A stretch of DNA of 64,000 bases, from NCBI GenBank assembly GCA_045606385.1, contig JAZURX010000068.1, forward strand, positions 7,659-71,658. The letters are read 5' to 3'. Positions 18,864 through 28,091 of this stretch are shown one piece after another (the stretch's first letter is position 1; the number at the start of each line of letters is the position of its first letter). This DNA is from Bacteroidales bacterium. Lineage in GTDB: Bacteria > Bacteroidota > Bacteroidia > Bacteroidales > UBA11471. The notes beneath the pieces are model-generated. The model did not search any database, was not told the DNA's origin, and saw nothing but the letters and a program-made list of their open reading frames with translations. The translations under genes were made by a program, and so were the position numbers.

Positions 18864-20792
18864 ATGTACCACCCTCGCCAATATATTGTAACGATATTGC
18901 TCGCAACTTGGATTGTTGCGACACTGCACTCTTGCGCCAACATCGGTCGACCCGGAGGAGGACCAAGAGATGAAACACCTCCCGTACTGAAAAAGGCTAC
19001 TCCTGAAAAAGGGACTCTCAACTATGACAAGACAAAAATCACACTTGAATTTGACGAAATCGTATTGGTTGAGAATGCCAACGAGAAGGTCATCATATCT
19101 CCTCCTCAAAAGCAAATGCCCCGCATATCATCAATGGGTCGCAGCGTAACCGTACAATTAAATGACTCGCTGATACCTAATACGACATACACCATCGACT
19201 TCTCCGATGCGATTGTCGATAATAACGAAAAAAACAAGCTTACAAATTTCAGCACTTTCTTTTCTACGGGCGACCACATAGATACCCTCGAAATATCGGG
19301 GACTCTGCTCAACGCTTCAAACCTCGAACCTATCACCAATATGCTCGTGGGTATATATGCCAACCCCGACGACACAATGTTTACCAAGCAACCCTTTCTA
19401 CGTGTCGCTTTGAGCGATGAATATGGGCGTTTTACCGTGCGTAACATCGCCGAAGGCACATACCGCATTTTCGCACTGAAAGATGGCAATCGCAACTATT
19501 TCTTCGATAATGCGACCGAAGATATTGCTTTTCTCGATACGACATTCACTCCGTCGGTAACCATGGAGTGGCACAACGACACAATTTGGGTCGACAGTGT
19601 AACCGTCGATACCATAGTTTCGGTATTGCGTCCCCATTTTTCTCCGGACAACATTATGCTGAGAGCTTTCAACGAAAACTACAAGGCTGCCTACTTTGAG
19701 AAATACGAGCGACCCGACCGCAAAAAAGTCACTCTCTTTTTCTCAGCTCCACAAGACAGCCTGCCCATTATTACCCCTCTTAACTTTGACTGCAACGACT
19801 GGGCCATCATCGAGGCCAATGCCACCAACGATACCATATCGTATTGGATACGCGACTCGCTTATTTATAACAAAGATACACTACGCATAGCAGCCGCCTA
19901 TATGCGCACCGATACACTACAACAATTATCGCTCTATAACGATACGATGATGTGGAATTATCGCGAGAAAAACTCACGTCGCGATAAGAAGAAAAAGGAA
20001 AATGACACCCTACCACCGCCCATCGAATTTATGTCTATTGATTCAAAATTGGGCTCGACCATCGATATATATGCCTCACCGACTATAACATTTGCACATC
20101 CCATAGAGTCGTTCGACCGCAACACCATACATTTCGAGCAACATGTCGACACTTTGTGGGTGCCTATTACCGATTACACATTCGAAGCCGACTCGGGTTC
20201 CACGCGTAGATATACATTGAAAAACAAATGGAAATCGGGAGCCGAATATCGATTTTCTATCGATTCCGCAGGGATAATAAGTATCTATGGTAATCACAAC
20301 AACGGTATGAGCCAGACATTCAAAGTACGCACCATCGAGGAGTATTCAAATCTCATCGTGAACATTACCGGCATCAAAGATGGCGCATTTGCAGAATTGC
20401 TCAACGACTCGGATATGCCTCTCTATACCGCACCGATAAATAATGGTAAAGCCATATTCCGATATATCAATCCCGGCACATACTATTTACGCCTTTTTAT
20501 AGACCATAACAATAATGGCAAATGGGATACCGGCAATTATGCCGAGCACCGACAACCCGAAGAGGTATATTACTACACGGGGAACATATCTTTGCGAGCC
20601 AATTGGGATATAAACCAAAATTGGGACCTATTTGCCACTCCTCTCGATGCGCAGAAACCTCGCGAAATAGTAAAAAACAAGCCTAAAGAAGAAGGAAAAG
20701 AGAAAAGAGAAGATGATGAAGAGGAAGAACGCCCCTTCTACTCAAATCAACCCTCAGGCGTTGCAGGCAATCGCAACATACGACAATATTAG
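18864..20792 (+). CDS. Ig-like (SbsA/Big_5-type) domain-containing lipoprotein
   Basis: Signal peptide with lipobox (ATLHSC), followed by TPPVL...TLEFDE...TYTIDF, typical of Big_5 domains. The C-terminal tail is charged. The listed ORF starts at a TTG (18822). Confidence 0.7.
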   Translation: MYHPRQYIVTILLATWIVATLHSCANIGRPGGGPRDETPPVLKKATPEKGTLNYDKTKITLEFDEIVLVENANEKVIISPPQKQMPRISSMGRSVTVQLNDSLIPNTTYTIDFSDAIVDNNEKNKLTNFSTFFSTGDHIDTLEISGTLLNASNLEPITNMLVGIYANPDDTMFTKQPFLRVALSDEYGRFTVRNIAEGTYRIFALKDGNRNYFFDNATEDIAFLDTTFTPSVTMEWHNDTIWVDSVTVDTIVSVLRPHFSPDNIMLRAFNENYKAAYFEKYERPDRKKVTLFFSAPQDSLPIITPLNFDCNDWAIIEANATNDTISYWIRDSLIYNKDTLRIAAAYMRTDTLQQLSLYNDTMMWNYREKNSRRDKKKKENDTLPPPIEFMSIDSKLGSTIDIYASPTITFAHPIESFDRNTIHFEQHVDTLWVPITDYTFEADSGSTRRYTLKNKWKSGAEYRFSIDSAGIISIYGNHNNGMSQTFKVRTIEEYSNLIVNITGIKDGAFAELLNDSDMPLYTAPINNGKAIFRYINPGTYYLRLFIDHNNNGKWDTGNYAEHRQPEEVYYYTGNISLRANWDINQNWDLFATPLDAQKPREIVKNKPKEEGKEKREDDEEEERPFYSNQPSGVAGNRNIRQY

Positions 20793-20819
20793 ATATACTC
20801 CTATTATCATAATAAATAG

Positions 20820-20858
20820 TAAACAGCGAAGATTCCTTACAAAATCTTCGCTGTTTTT
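20820..20858. terminator. Bidirectional hairpin terminator between convergent genes
   Basis: Perfect 13-bp stem aaacagcgaagat / atcttcgctgttt, with a T-run on the plus side and an A-run on the other. Confidence 0.8.
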
Positions 20859-20879
20859 ACTTATTTTGGGATTTAATAC

Positions 20880-21500
20880 CTACAACTCTCCGTTGCCACT
20901 ATTTTTATCATAGCCCTTTACATTGATATAAAACATGGCGCGTGCCGTATACCAATATGGCATTATCCACAATAACGGAATAAAGAGCAATATTACCGAA
21001 AACAAAGAAATTATAACAAACCAAAGATCCATCAAAAAAAGTCTCATTTTATGTCCACTCATCATGATACGACTTTCATGTATTGCCTCTACATTGCTCG
21101 CTCCGGTATCGGCCAATATATATGGAACCATTGCATACGAGTAACTTTTAACTATACCCGGTACAATAAGTAACAATGTCCACAAAAAAAGTTGAAGATT
21201 TGTAAGGAACATCGTACAGAATACTCGCGTGAAGTCCTTAAATCCGTCGAATATATTTTTTATATCAAGCACATCACCCCGGCTCAGCCGCAAATACATC
21301 ACGACAATACCCCATGTTATGGGTATCATTATAAGGATTGTGGCAACATTTCCTACATAATGCATACTCCCAAATACAAGCCCTATAACACCCACCAATA
21401 CCGAATATACTACGTAAAAGAGTATTGCCATACCCCATTTTCCCGATAAAACGTCACGAGACTTCTGTCTCAATTCACTGTTTTTGCTAATCTCTTCCAT
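20880..21500 (-). CDS. DUF975 family integral membrane protein
   Basis: 206 aa. N-terminal ...SRDVLSGKWGMAILFYVVY... and 5-6 TM helices resemble DUF975 proteins. Confidence 0.7.
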   Translation of the reverse strand: MEEISKNSELRQKSRDVLSGKWGMAILFYVVYSVLVGVIGLVFGSMHYVGNVATILIMIPITWGIVVMYLRLSRGDVLDIKNIFDGFKDFTRVFCTMFLTNLQLFLWTLLLIVPGIVKSYSYAMVPYILADTGASNVEAIHESRIMMSGHKMRLFLMDLWFVIISLFSVILLFIPLLWIMPYWYTARAMFYINVKGYDKNSGNGEL

Positions 21501-21545
21501 AATTATACATTTTATTATTAACCATCTTCCTATAAAATTGTTCTA

Positions 21546-21647
21546 CAAATATCATGGCACACGAGCGAGAAATAGGAAACTTTTTCAATATTCTTCACTT
21601 TAAATGCAGTATATATTCGATTTCTACCTCAAAAATACGAAAAAAAA
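21546..21647 (-). repeat. Intergenic repeat, copy C (minus orientation, upstream of the DUF975 gene)
   Basis: Reverse complement of the 13-mer at 21561-21573. GATATTTG box at 21546-21553 and TATTTTTG box at 21640-21647. A further degenerate unit lies upstream at roughly 21670-21760. Confidence 0.75.
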
Positions 21648-21785
21648 ATCAAAAGTTAAATTACATAGCTATATTTTGACATATATTCGTAAAATTTATT
21701 CTATGAGAAGAATATATTTTTCGGAATCGGAAGTATCGACATTGCATTTTCAGAGTCAATCTACAAAAGATGTTAAAAAAAATAT

Positions 21786-21793
21786 TACCTTTG
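21786..21793 (+). promoter_or_regulatory. -7 promoter box (TAccTTTG) for the SulP transporter gene
   Basis: Matches TAnnTTTG and implies a leader of about 125 nt before the ATG at 21926. Confidence 0.45.
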
Positions 21794-21925
21794 CGACCTC
21801 AATTTTGAGGGACTCAGCCTACGTCGGTACCAGACACCCTACAATAATGCCTTCTACCCCGCATACTTTATCCCTCGGTTTTCAAAAAAAGTTATTAAAA
21901 TTTTTAAGGTATTATCATTATTGTT

Positions 21926-23611
21926 ATGAAACTCGAATTTCAGCCAAAACTCGTTGAAAGTCTGCGACATTACTCAAAAGAGAAATTTGTGTCCGACCTT
22001 ATGGCGGGTATCATTGTGGGAATAGTGGCATTGCCTTTGGCAATCGCATTCGGTATCGCCTCGGGAGTATCGCCCGAAAAAGGGCTCATTACCGCTATCG
22101 TAGGTGGATTTATCGTATCGGCTCTGGGAGGCAGTTCGGTGCAAATAGGTGGCCCCACCGGAGCGTTCATTGTTATTGTATTCGGCATAATTCAGACATA
22201 TGGACTTGAAGGACTTGCCATCGCTACCGCCATGGCCGGAGCCATATTGGTATTGATGGGTGTATTTCGCTTGGGTGCCATTATCAAATTTATTCCATAC
22301 CCCATTGTCATCGGCTTTACCAGCGGTATTGCACTGACCATCTTCACAACTCAAGTCAAGGATCTATTCGGACTTACCATCGATAAACTACCCGCCGACT
22401 GTCTGTCGCAATGGGCCACCTATTTTCATCATTTCGACACGATAAACATTATGTCGGTTCTTATAGGTATAGGCAGTATCATAATCATAGCTCTCACGCC
22501 CAAAATCTCGCGCAAGATACCCGGCTCATTAGTAGCAATCATCGTCATGACCCTCCTCGCTTATGTATTACGCGAATTTGGAGGTATTAGCGGAATAGAA
22601 ACCATCGGCGACCGATTCGACATCAGTAATAAAATACCCGAACCGCAACCGCTACACATCAATATGACCACCATAAACCAATTATTGTCACCGGCATTCA
22701 CTATAGCTATATTGGGTGCCATCGAATCACTACTATCGGCAACTGTTGCCGACGGTGCCACAGGCGACCATCACAAATCGAATACAGAATTGATAGGTCA
22801 GGGCGTAGCCAATATCGTGGTGCCGTTCTTTGGTGGTATACCCGTAACCGGTGCTATCGCACGCACCATGACCAATATCAACAACGGTGGTCGTACCCCT
22901 ATCGCCGGCATCATACACGCAGCGGTACTCCTGCTTATCTTCTTGATCCTCATGCCTCTCATCAAACTCGTACCGATGGCCTGCTTAGCCGGTGTATTAG
23001 TAATAGTGGCATACAACATGAGTGGCTGGCGTACGGTGCGTTCATTGTTGAAAAACCCCAAATCCGATGTCGCAGTACTTATTACCACATTTACACTCAC
23101 AGTAGTATTCAACCTCACTATCGCCATCGAAATAGGCCTGCTACTTGCAGTACTCCTATTCCTGCGCCGCGTGTCGGAGAATGTCGAAGTATCGGTATTA
23201 CGCGATAAACTTGATGTCGCCGACGGAACAGAGGTAACCCAACACGAAACCCTCAACATCGCCAAAGGCGTAGAAGTGTATGAAATCAATGGACCGTTCT
23301 TCTTCGGTGTAGCCACAAAATTTGACGAATTGATGCGTGATATGGGAGAAAAACCGAATGTTCGTATTTTGCGCATGCGTCGCGTACCTTTCATCGACTC
23401 CACCGGGCTTCACAATCTACAAATAGTCGTGGAATCATCGCACAACGAAAATATTCGCGTTATACTTTCAGGCGTAAATCCTACCGTACATGCTACACTC
23501 AAAAAAGCAGGTCTCGACAAAATCGTCGGTGAAGAAAACATCTGTGACCATATATCCAAAGCCGTAGAAAAAGCCAACGCACTGGTAGAACTCTCCGAAA
23601 AATTAAAATAG
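21926..23611 (+). CDS. SulP family inorganic anion transporter with C-terminal STAS domain
   Basis: 561 aa with about 11 TM segments, GIASGVSPEKGLITAIVGG typical of SulP, and a STAS-like cytoplasmic C-terminus. Confidence 0.9.
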   Translation: MKLEFQPKLVESLRHYSKEKFVSDLMAGIIVGIVALPLAIAFGIASGVSPEKGLITAIVGGFIVSALGGSSVQIGGPTGAFIVIVFGIIQTYGLEGLAIATAMAGAILVLMGVFRLGAIIKFIPYPIVIGFTSGIALTIFTTQVKDLFGLTIDKLPADCLSQWATYFHHFDTINIMSVLIGIGSIIIIALTPKISRKIPGSLVAIIVMTLLAYVLREFGGISGIETIGDRFDISNKIPEPQPLHINMTTINQLLSPAFTIAILGAIESLLSATVADGATGDHHKSNTELIGQGVANIVVPFFGGIPVTGAIARTMTNINNGGRTPIAGIIHAAVLLLIFLILMPLIKLVPMACLAGVLVIVAYNMSGWRTVRSLLKNPKSDVAVLITTFTLTVVFNLTIAIEIGLLLAVLLFLRRVSENVEVSVLRDKLDVADGTEVTQHETLNIAKGVEVYEINGPFFFGVATKFDELMRDMGEKPNVRILRMRRVPFIDSTGLHNLQIVVESSHNENIRVILSGVNPTVHATLKKAGLDKIVGEENICDHISKAVEKANALVELSEKLK

Positions 23612-23617
23612 CATCTT

Positions 23618-23664
23618 CTTGTAATATCGAGTGACGCAAACAACGTACCACTCAATATTACAAG
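23618..23664 (+). terminator. Hairpin terminator after the SulP gene
   Basis: 16-bp inverted repeat cttgtaatatcgagtg / cactcaatattacaag (15/16 paired) with a 15-nt loop. Confidence 0.6.
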
Positions 23665-23865
23665 AAAATAAATTAAAATATTGCACACCTCGCAAAAATA
23701 GTGTTACTTTGCACTCGACAATTTGTGGATGGATTTGGCTGCTTGCAACCACACTAAAAAACTGCTAAAACGGTATCTTTCCATGTGGCTCTTTGCCATA
23801 AAACCGCACGCATTTGAAGTTTTTACTCCATCTCTTGTCGTAGTATAACCAATAAAAACGATAAG

Positions 23866-25155
23866 ATGAATTACCTTTTTACCTCTGAATCGGTATCGGA
23901 AGGACACCCCGACAAAGTTGCCGATCAAATTTCAGACGCACTACTCGATGAGTTTCTCGCCTACGACCCGCAATCGAAAGTCGCATGTGAAACTCTTGTT
24001 ACCACCGGTCAAGTAGTTCTTGCCGGTGAGGTAAAGTCGAACGCATATATCGACCTGCATGAAGTTGCTCGTCGTGTAATAAATCGCATAGGCTACACTC
24101 GTAGCGAATACAAATTCGACGGCGATTCCTGCGGTGTTTTCTCGGCTATTCATGAGCAATCGGCCGATATAAATCGCGGTGTAGAAAGAACAGTATCTAT
24201 GGATCAAGGAGCCGGCGACCAAGGCATGATGTTCGGCTACGCATGCAACGAGACCGACAACTACATGCCTCTTTCTCTCGAACTCTCACACTTGATACTC
24301 ACCACTCTTGCCGATATACGTCGCGAGAACGATACTATTACTTACTTGCGCCCCGATGCCAAGTCGCAAGTGACCATCGAATACGATGAGAATAACCGTC
24401 CGGTACGTATACACACCATCGTGCTTTCGACGCAGCACGACGAGTTTGTATATCCGACCAACGAAACACCCGAGGCTCAAGATATAGCCGACCGTGCGAT
24501 GCTCGACAAAATATCAGACGACGTACGCAATATCGTACTACCTCGTGTCATTGCATCGCTCCCCAAACGCGTACAAGCACTTTTCGACAAGAATCTCATT
24601 TTGCACGTAAACCCTACCGGCAAATTTGTTATCGGAGGTCCACACGGTGACACAGGACTTACCGGTCGTAAAATCATCGTAGACACATACGGAGGAAAGG
24701 GAGCCCATGGTGGTGGTGCATTCTCGGGTAAAGATCCCTCGAAAGTCGACCGTTCGGCAGCGTACGCCGCACGACACATTGCCAAAAACATGGTGGCCGC
24801 CGGTATTGCCGACGAAATGTTGGTACAAGTTTCATACGCCATCGGTGTGGCTCACCCTGTAAGTATCTTTGTCAATACCTATAATACCTCACACGTAGAT
24901 AAAAGCGACGCCGAAATAGCCGCTATAGTAGGCGAAATATTCGATATGCGACCCAAAGCCATAGAGGAACGATTGAAACTACGCAATCCTATATACGAAG
25001 AAACAGCCGCATACGGACACATGGGACGTACTCCCCGTACCGTACACAAAGTATTTTCTTCGCGCTACGAAAAACCGGTATCTATAGATGTAGAATTATT
25101 TACTTGGGAAAAACTCGACTATGTCGACACAATAAAAAAAATATTCAATTTATAG
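23866..25155 (+). CDS. metK: Methionine adenosyltransferase
   Basis: GHPDKVADQISD, GAGDQGMMFGYA and GGGAFSGKDPSKVDRS motifs. Confidence 0.97.
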   Translation: MNYLFTSESVSEGHPDKVADQISDALLDEFLAYDPQSKVACETLVTTGQVVLAGEVKSNAYIDLHEVARRVINRIGYTRSEYKFDGDSCGVFSAIHEQSADINRGVERTVSMDQGAGDQGMMFGYACNETDNYMPLSLELSHLILTTLADIRRENDTITYLRPDAKSQVTIEYDENNRPVRIHTIVLSTQHDEFVYPTNETPEAQDIADRAMLDKISDDVRNIVLPRVIASLPKRVQALFDKNLILHVNPTGKFVIGGPHGDTGLTGRKIIVDTYGGKGAHGGGAFSGKDPSKVDRSAAYAARHIAKNMVAAGIADEMLVQVSYAIGVAHPVSIFVNTYNTSHVDKSDAEIAAIVGEIFDMRPKAIEERLKLRNPIYEETAAYGHMGRTPRTVHKVFSSRYEKPVSIDVELFTWEKLDYVDTIKKIFNL

Positions 25156-25265
25156 TACACATTTGAATTTTTAGAACAAAAAAGACTCTCGGTTTCTCAA
25201 AAACAAAGTTTCGGATAAAAGAAATCTCGAAATTAAATTTATGCAACTTCATAACAAAATCGCTT

Positions 25266-26549
25266 ATGAACAACAATAAACCATTCAGTCCCGAAACTCT
25301 CTGCGTACAAGGAGGGTGGCAACCCAAAAAAGGCGAACCGCGCGTATTACCAATATACCAAAGTACAACTTTCCGTTACGAAACCAGCGAACAAATGGCT
25401 CGTCTCTTCGATCTCGAAGATAACGGATATTTCTATACTCGATTGCAAAATCCCACCAACGATGCTGTAGCGTCTAAAATAGCAGCCCTCGAAGGTGGTG
25501 TGGGAGCCATGCTTACCTCATCGGGGCAAGCTGCCAACTTCTACGCCATATTCAACATCTGCTCGGCAGGAGACCATTTCGTATGCTCCTCTACTATTTA
25601 TGGTGGCACATTCAACCTCTTCGGTGTAACATTGAAAAAATTAGGTATTGACGTAACTTTTATCGACCCCGACAGCGATGAAACGACTATCGAGGCAGCC
25701 TTCCGCCCCAACACCAAGGCTCTTTTTGGCGAGACACTCTCCAATCCAGGCATGCAGGTACTCGACATCGAGAAATTTGCCCGCGTGGCACATCGCAACG
25801 GAGTACCCCTCATCATAGACAATACATTTGCAACCCCTATCAATTGTCGCCCTTTCGAGTGGGGTGCCGACATAGTGACACACTCTACCACTAAGTATAT
25901 GGATGGTCATGCCACGTGTGTAGGAGGAGTAATTGTCGATAGCGGTAATTTCGATTGGGAGACGCATGCCGACAAGTTCCCCGGACTTACAACCCCCGAC
26001 GAATCGTACCACGGACTTACCTATACCAAGGCATTCGGTAAAATGGCCTACATGACCAAAGCCACTGCACAACTTATGCGCGACCTCGGATCCATACAGT
26101 CGCCACAAAACGCATTCCTGCTCAATCTTGGTCTTGAGACACTGCACCTGCGTATGCCACGACACTGCGAAAATGCTCAGAAGGTAGCCGAATACCTCGA
26201 AAGTTGTCCGCAAGTGGCTTGGGTAAATTATCCGGGGCTGAAAAACAACAAATACTATGAGTTGGCTCAAAAATATATGCCAAACGGCACATGCGGTGTT
26301 ATCGCTTTCGGTCTGAAAGGCACACGAGAAGATGCCATCAAATTTATGGATAATCTGAAACTTGCCGCCATCGTCACCCACGTAGCCGATGCTCGCACTT
26401 GCGTGCTACACCCTGCAAGCCACACACACCGACAACTGAGCGATGAGCAACTCATTGCTGCCGGTGTAGCTCCCGACCTTATACGCCTGTCGGTAGGTAT
26501 CGAAGAGGTAAACGATATCATTGCCGACCTGCAACAGGCCATGAATTGA
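25266..26549 (+). CDS. metY: O-acetylhomoserine aminocarboxypropyltransferase / sulfhydrylase
   Basis: Cys/Met-metabolism PLP enzyme with the STTKYMDGH PLP-lysine motif; length 427 aa. Confidence 0.93.
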   Translation: MNNNKPFSPETLCVQGGWQPKKGEPRVLPIYQSTTFRYETSEQMARLFDLEDNGYFYTRLQNPTNDAVASKIAALEGGVGAMLTSSGQAANFYAIFNICSAGDHFVCSSTIYGGTFNLFGVTLKKLGIDVTFIDPDSDETTIEAAFRPNTKALFGETLSNPGMQVLDIEKFARVAHRNGVPLIIDNTFATPINCRPFEWGADIVTHSTTKYMDGHATCVGGVIVDSGNFDWETHADKFPGLTTPDESYHGLTYTKAFGKMAYMTKATAQLMRDLGSIQSPQNAFLLNLGLETLHLRMPRHCENAQKVAEYLESCPQVAWVNYPGLKNNKYYELAQKYMPNGTCGVIAFGLKGTREDAIKFMDNLKLAAIVTHVADARTCVLHPASHTHRQLSDEQLIAAGVAPDLIRLSVGIEEVNDIIADLQQAMN

Positions 26550-26575
26550 TTTTTCTTTGTTCATAATAGTTTTGT

Positions 26576-26615
26576 AACGGGCGCTGAGTATAATGTCTCA
26601 CGCCCGTTGCTGTTT
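26576..26615 (+). terminator. Rho-independent terminator after metY
   Basis: aacgggcgctgag / ctcacgcccgtt stem with one bulge, followed by gcTGTTTT. Confidence 0.75.
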
Positions 26616-26874
26616 TCACCGGCATTACAACCAACTTTCACACCCTTTATCATTGATAAACAACTTTTGTAAGCAAGATTACTCTCAATCAAATTTTTTT
26701 ATGTATGTTTGTATGATTACATTTCATTGTTGAACAATACCGATTTGCAATTACGTATACAAAGCAGGACAAACAGATGAGCTACGACTATCTTTCCGGA
26801 AACGCCAAATGTACGCCTCTGCAATGAAATAAAAAACGAAATTTTTCGAGTAGAAGCATGTAATACACACGCTA

Positions 26875-26882
26875 TAATTTTG
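26875..26882 (+). promoter_or_regulatory. -7 promoter box (TAatTTTG) for the TlpA-like gene
   Basis: Matches TAnnTTTG, 17 nt upstream of the ATG at 26899. Confidence 0.45.
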
Positions 26883-26898
26883 ATTTACAAGACAGAAT

Positions 26899-28074
26899 AT
26901 GAGACAAAATATTATTTTGCTGTGTCTATTGATACTACTCTTTTCGTGCAAAGAGAAAGAACACGACGGATATACCCTTACAGTAGAACTCGATGTGCCT
27001 GAACAAAGTTATCTCTACTTTTGGCAAGAAGAGTTCAAAAAAGGGATACGTGTCGATTCGGTGCTTGTAGAGGAAGGGAAAGGCGTATTCAAAGGCATGT
27101 GCGATGAACTCACTCGCGTAGAAGTATGTACCGAAGCCGGCGACCGCGTATTATGGCTCTATGCGCAAAAAGGGGATAAAATAACCATTAAGGGTAGCAT
27201 AAAATCGCCTTACGAAATAGAATTGAGCGGGACACCCGAGCACGAATTAATAAGCAGATTCCGCAACGAAAATCACAAATTGCTGCAAAAAATATACGAG
27301 AGCGACACAGCGTACTATACACACATGAACGATACGTCCTATCGCAACACCGTCATGTGTGACCACGACTCGCTGCATGCCCGCGTCACCGACTTTGTCA
27401 TGAACAATCCTGCTACAATCGCCTCGACTATACTTATTTATGACTATCTGCTCGACAGTCGCATCACCGAGCATGCCGACACCTTACTTCGACGCCTGCC
27501 CCCCGAGGTAAAACCGGTATCGCTCTTAGCCAAAGCCGAACTTTTCATAGCGGGTAACGACAAGCACCCCGTAGGTAAGATACTTCCATATATGACATTC
27601 CGCACAGCACACGACAGCGTGGTCAATACAGGAGGATTCCGTCGTCGTACAACACTCTTCATCGTATGGGCATCGTATGACACTTTATCGCGCCAGCAAA
27701 TGCAAGTCATGCGTCGTCTCGAAAAAAAATACCCCCGCAATTTTCTCAATTTAGTAAGTGTTTCAGTCGACACCGACCAAGAAGCGTGGCAATCGGCACT
27801 ACAAAACGACAGTATAGGAGGGCGGGCACATTGTCGTCTCAAAGAGGGGTGGTTGGCCAATCAAATCGAGAACCTCGGCGTACGTACCCTCCCTGCAACC
27901 TTCCTACTCAATGCCTCGGGACGTATTGTAGCTAAAAATCTGCTCAACTACGAATTGGAAGCGGCGACCGACTCGCTTGTAGCCGAAATAGGTGAAGATG
28001 AGTCGATGAATAAAAAGAAAGAGTCGTCAAATGGCTCTCAAAAATCTAAAAACACAACATCTAAAAGAAGATAA
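26899..28074 (+). CDS. TlpA-like thioredoxin-fold lipoprotein lacking the CxxC active site
   Basis: Lipoprotein signal (LLFSC). The C-terminal thioredoxin-like region aligns with the TlpA/AhpC-TSA pattern, but FWASWCGPC is replaced by VWASYDTLS. The tail is basic. Confidence 0.7.
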   Translation: MRQNIILLCLLILLFSCKEKEHDGYTLTVELDVPEQSYLYFWQEEFKKGIRVDSVLVEEGKGVFKGMCDELTRVEVCTEAGDRVLWLYAQKGDKITIKGSIKSPYEIELSGTPEHELISRFRNENHKLLQKIYESDTAYYTHMNDTSYRNTVMCDHDSLHARVTDFVMNNPATIASTILIYDYLLDSRITEHADTLLRRLPPEVKPVSLLAKAELFIAGNDKHPVGKILPYMTFRTAHDSVVNTGGFRRRTTLFIVWASYDTLSRQQMQVMRRLEKKYPRNFLNLVSVSVDTDQEAWQSALQNDSIGGRAHCRLKEGWLANQIENLGVRTLPATFLLNASGRIVAKNLLNYELEAATDSLVAEIGEDESMNKKKESSNGSQKSKNTTSKRR

Positions 28075-28091
28075 TCAATTGTCATAAAGCT

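Noticed and set aside
21604-21957. 117-aa plus-strand ORF in the DUF975/SulP intergenic region.
   Set aside because: It lies across the intergenic repeat units and the SulP promoter and overlaps the SulP start. It is low-complexity AT-rich sequence with no start context, so it is most likely non-coding.
23720-23775. SAM-II-like string (GGAUUUGGCUGCUUGCAACCACACUAAAAAACUGCUAAAA) upstream of metK.
   Set aside because: It is superficially similar to the GAUUU / GGCUU / AAAGCUAAAA signature. The 3' tail cannot base-pair with the loop (no AGC/GCU complementarity), so the defining pseudoknot cannot form.
25641-26381. 246-aa ORF antisense to metY. Similar long antisense ORFs are at 22798-23403, 48796-49434, 59260-59772, 60790-61446, 39559-40002 and 27444-27860.
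   Set aside because: Each lies entirely inside a confidently identified gene on the opposite strand. They have no recognisable motifs and show the skewed composition typical of shadow ORFs.
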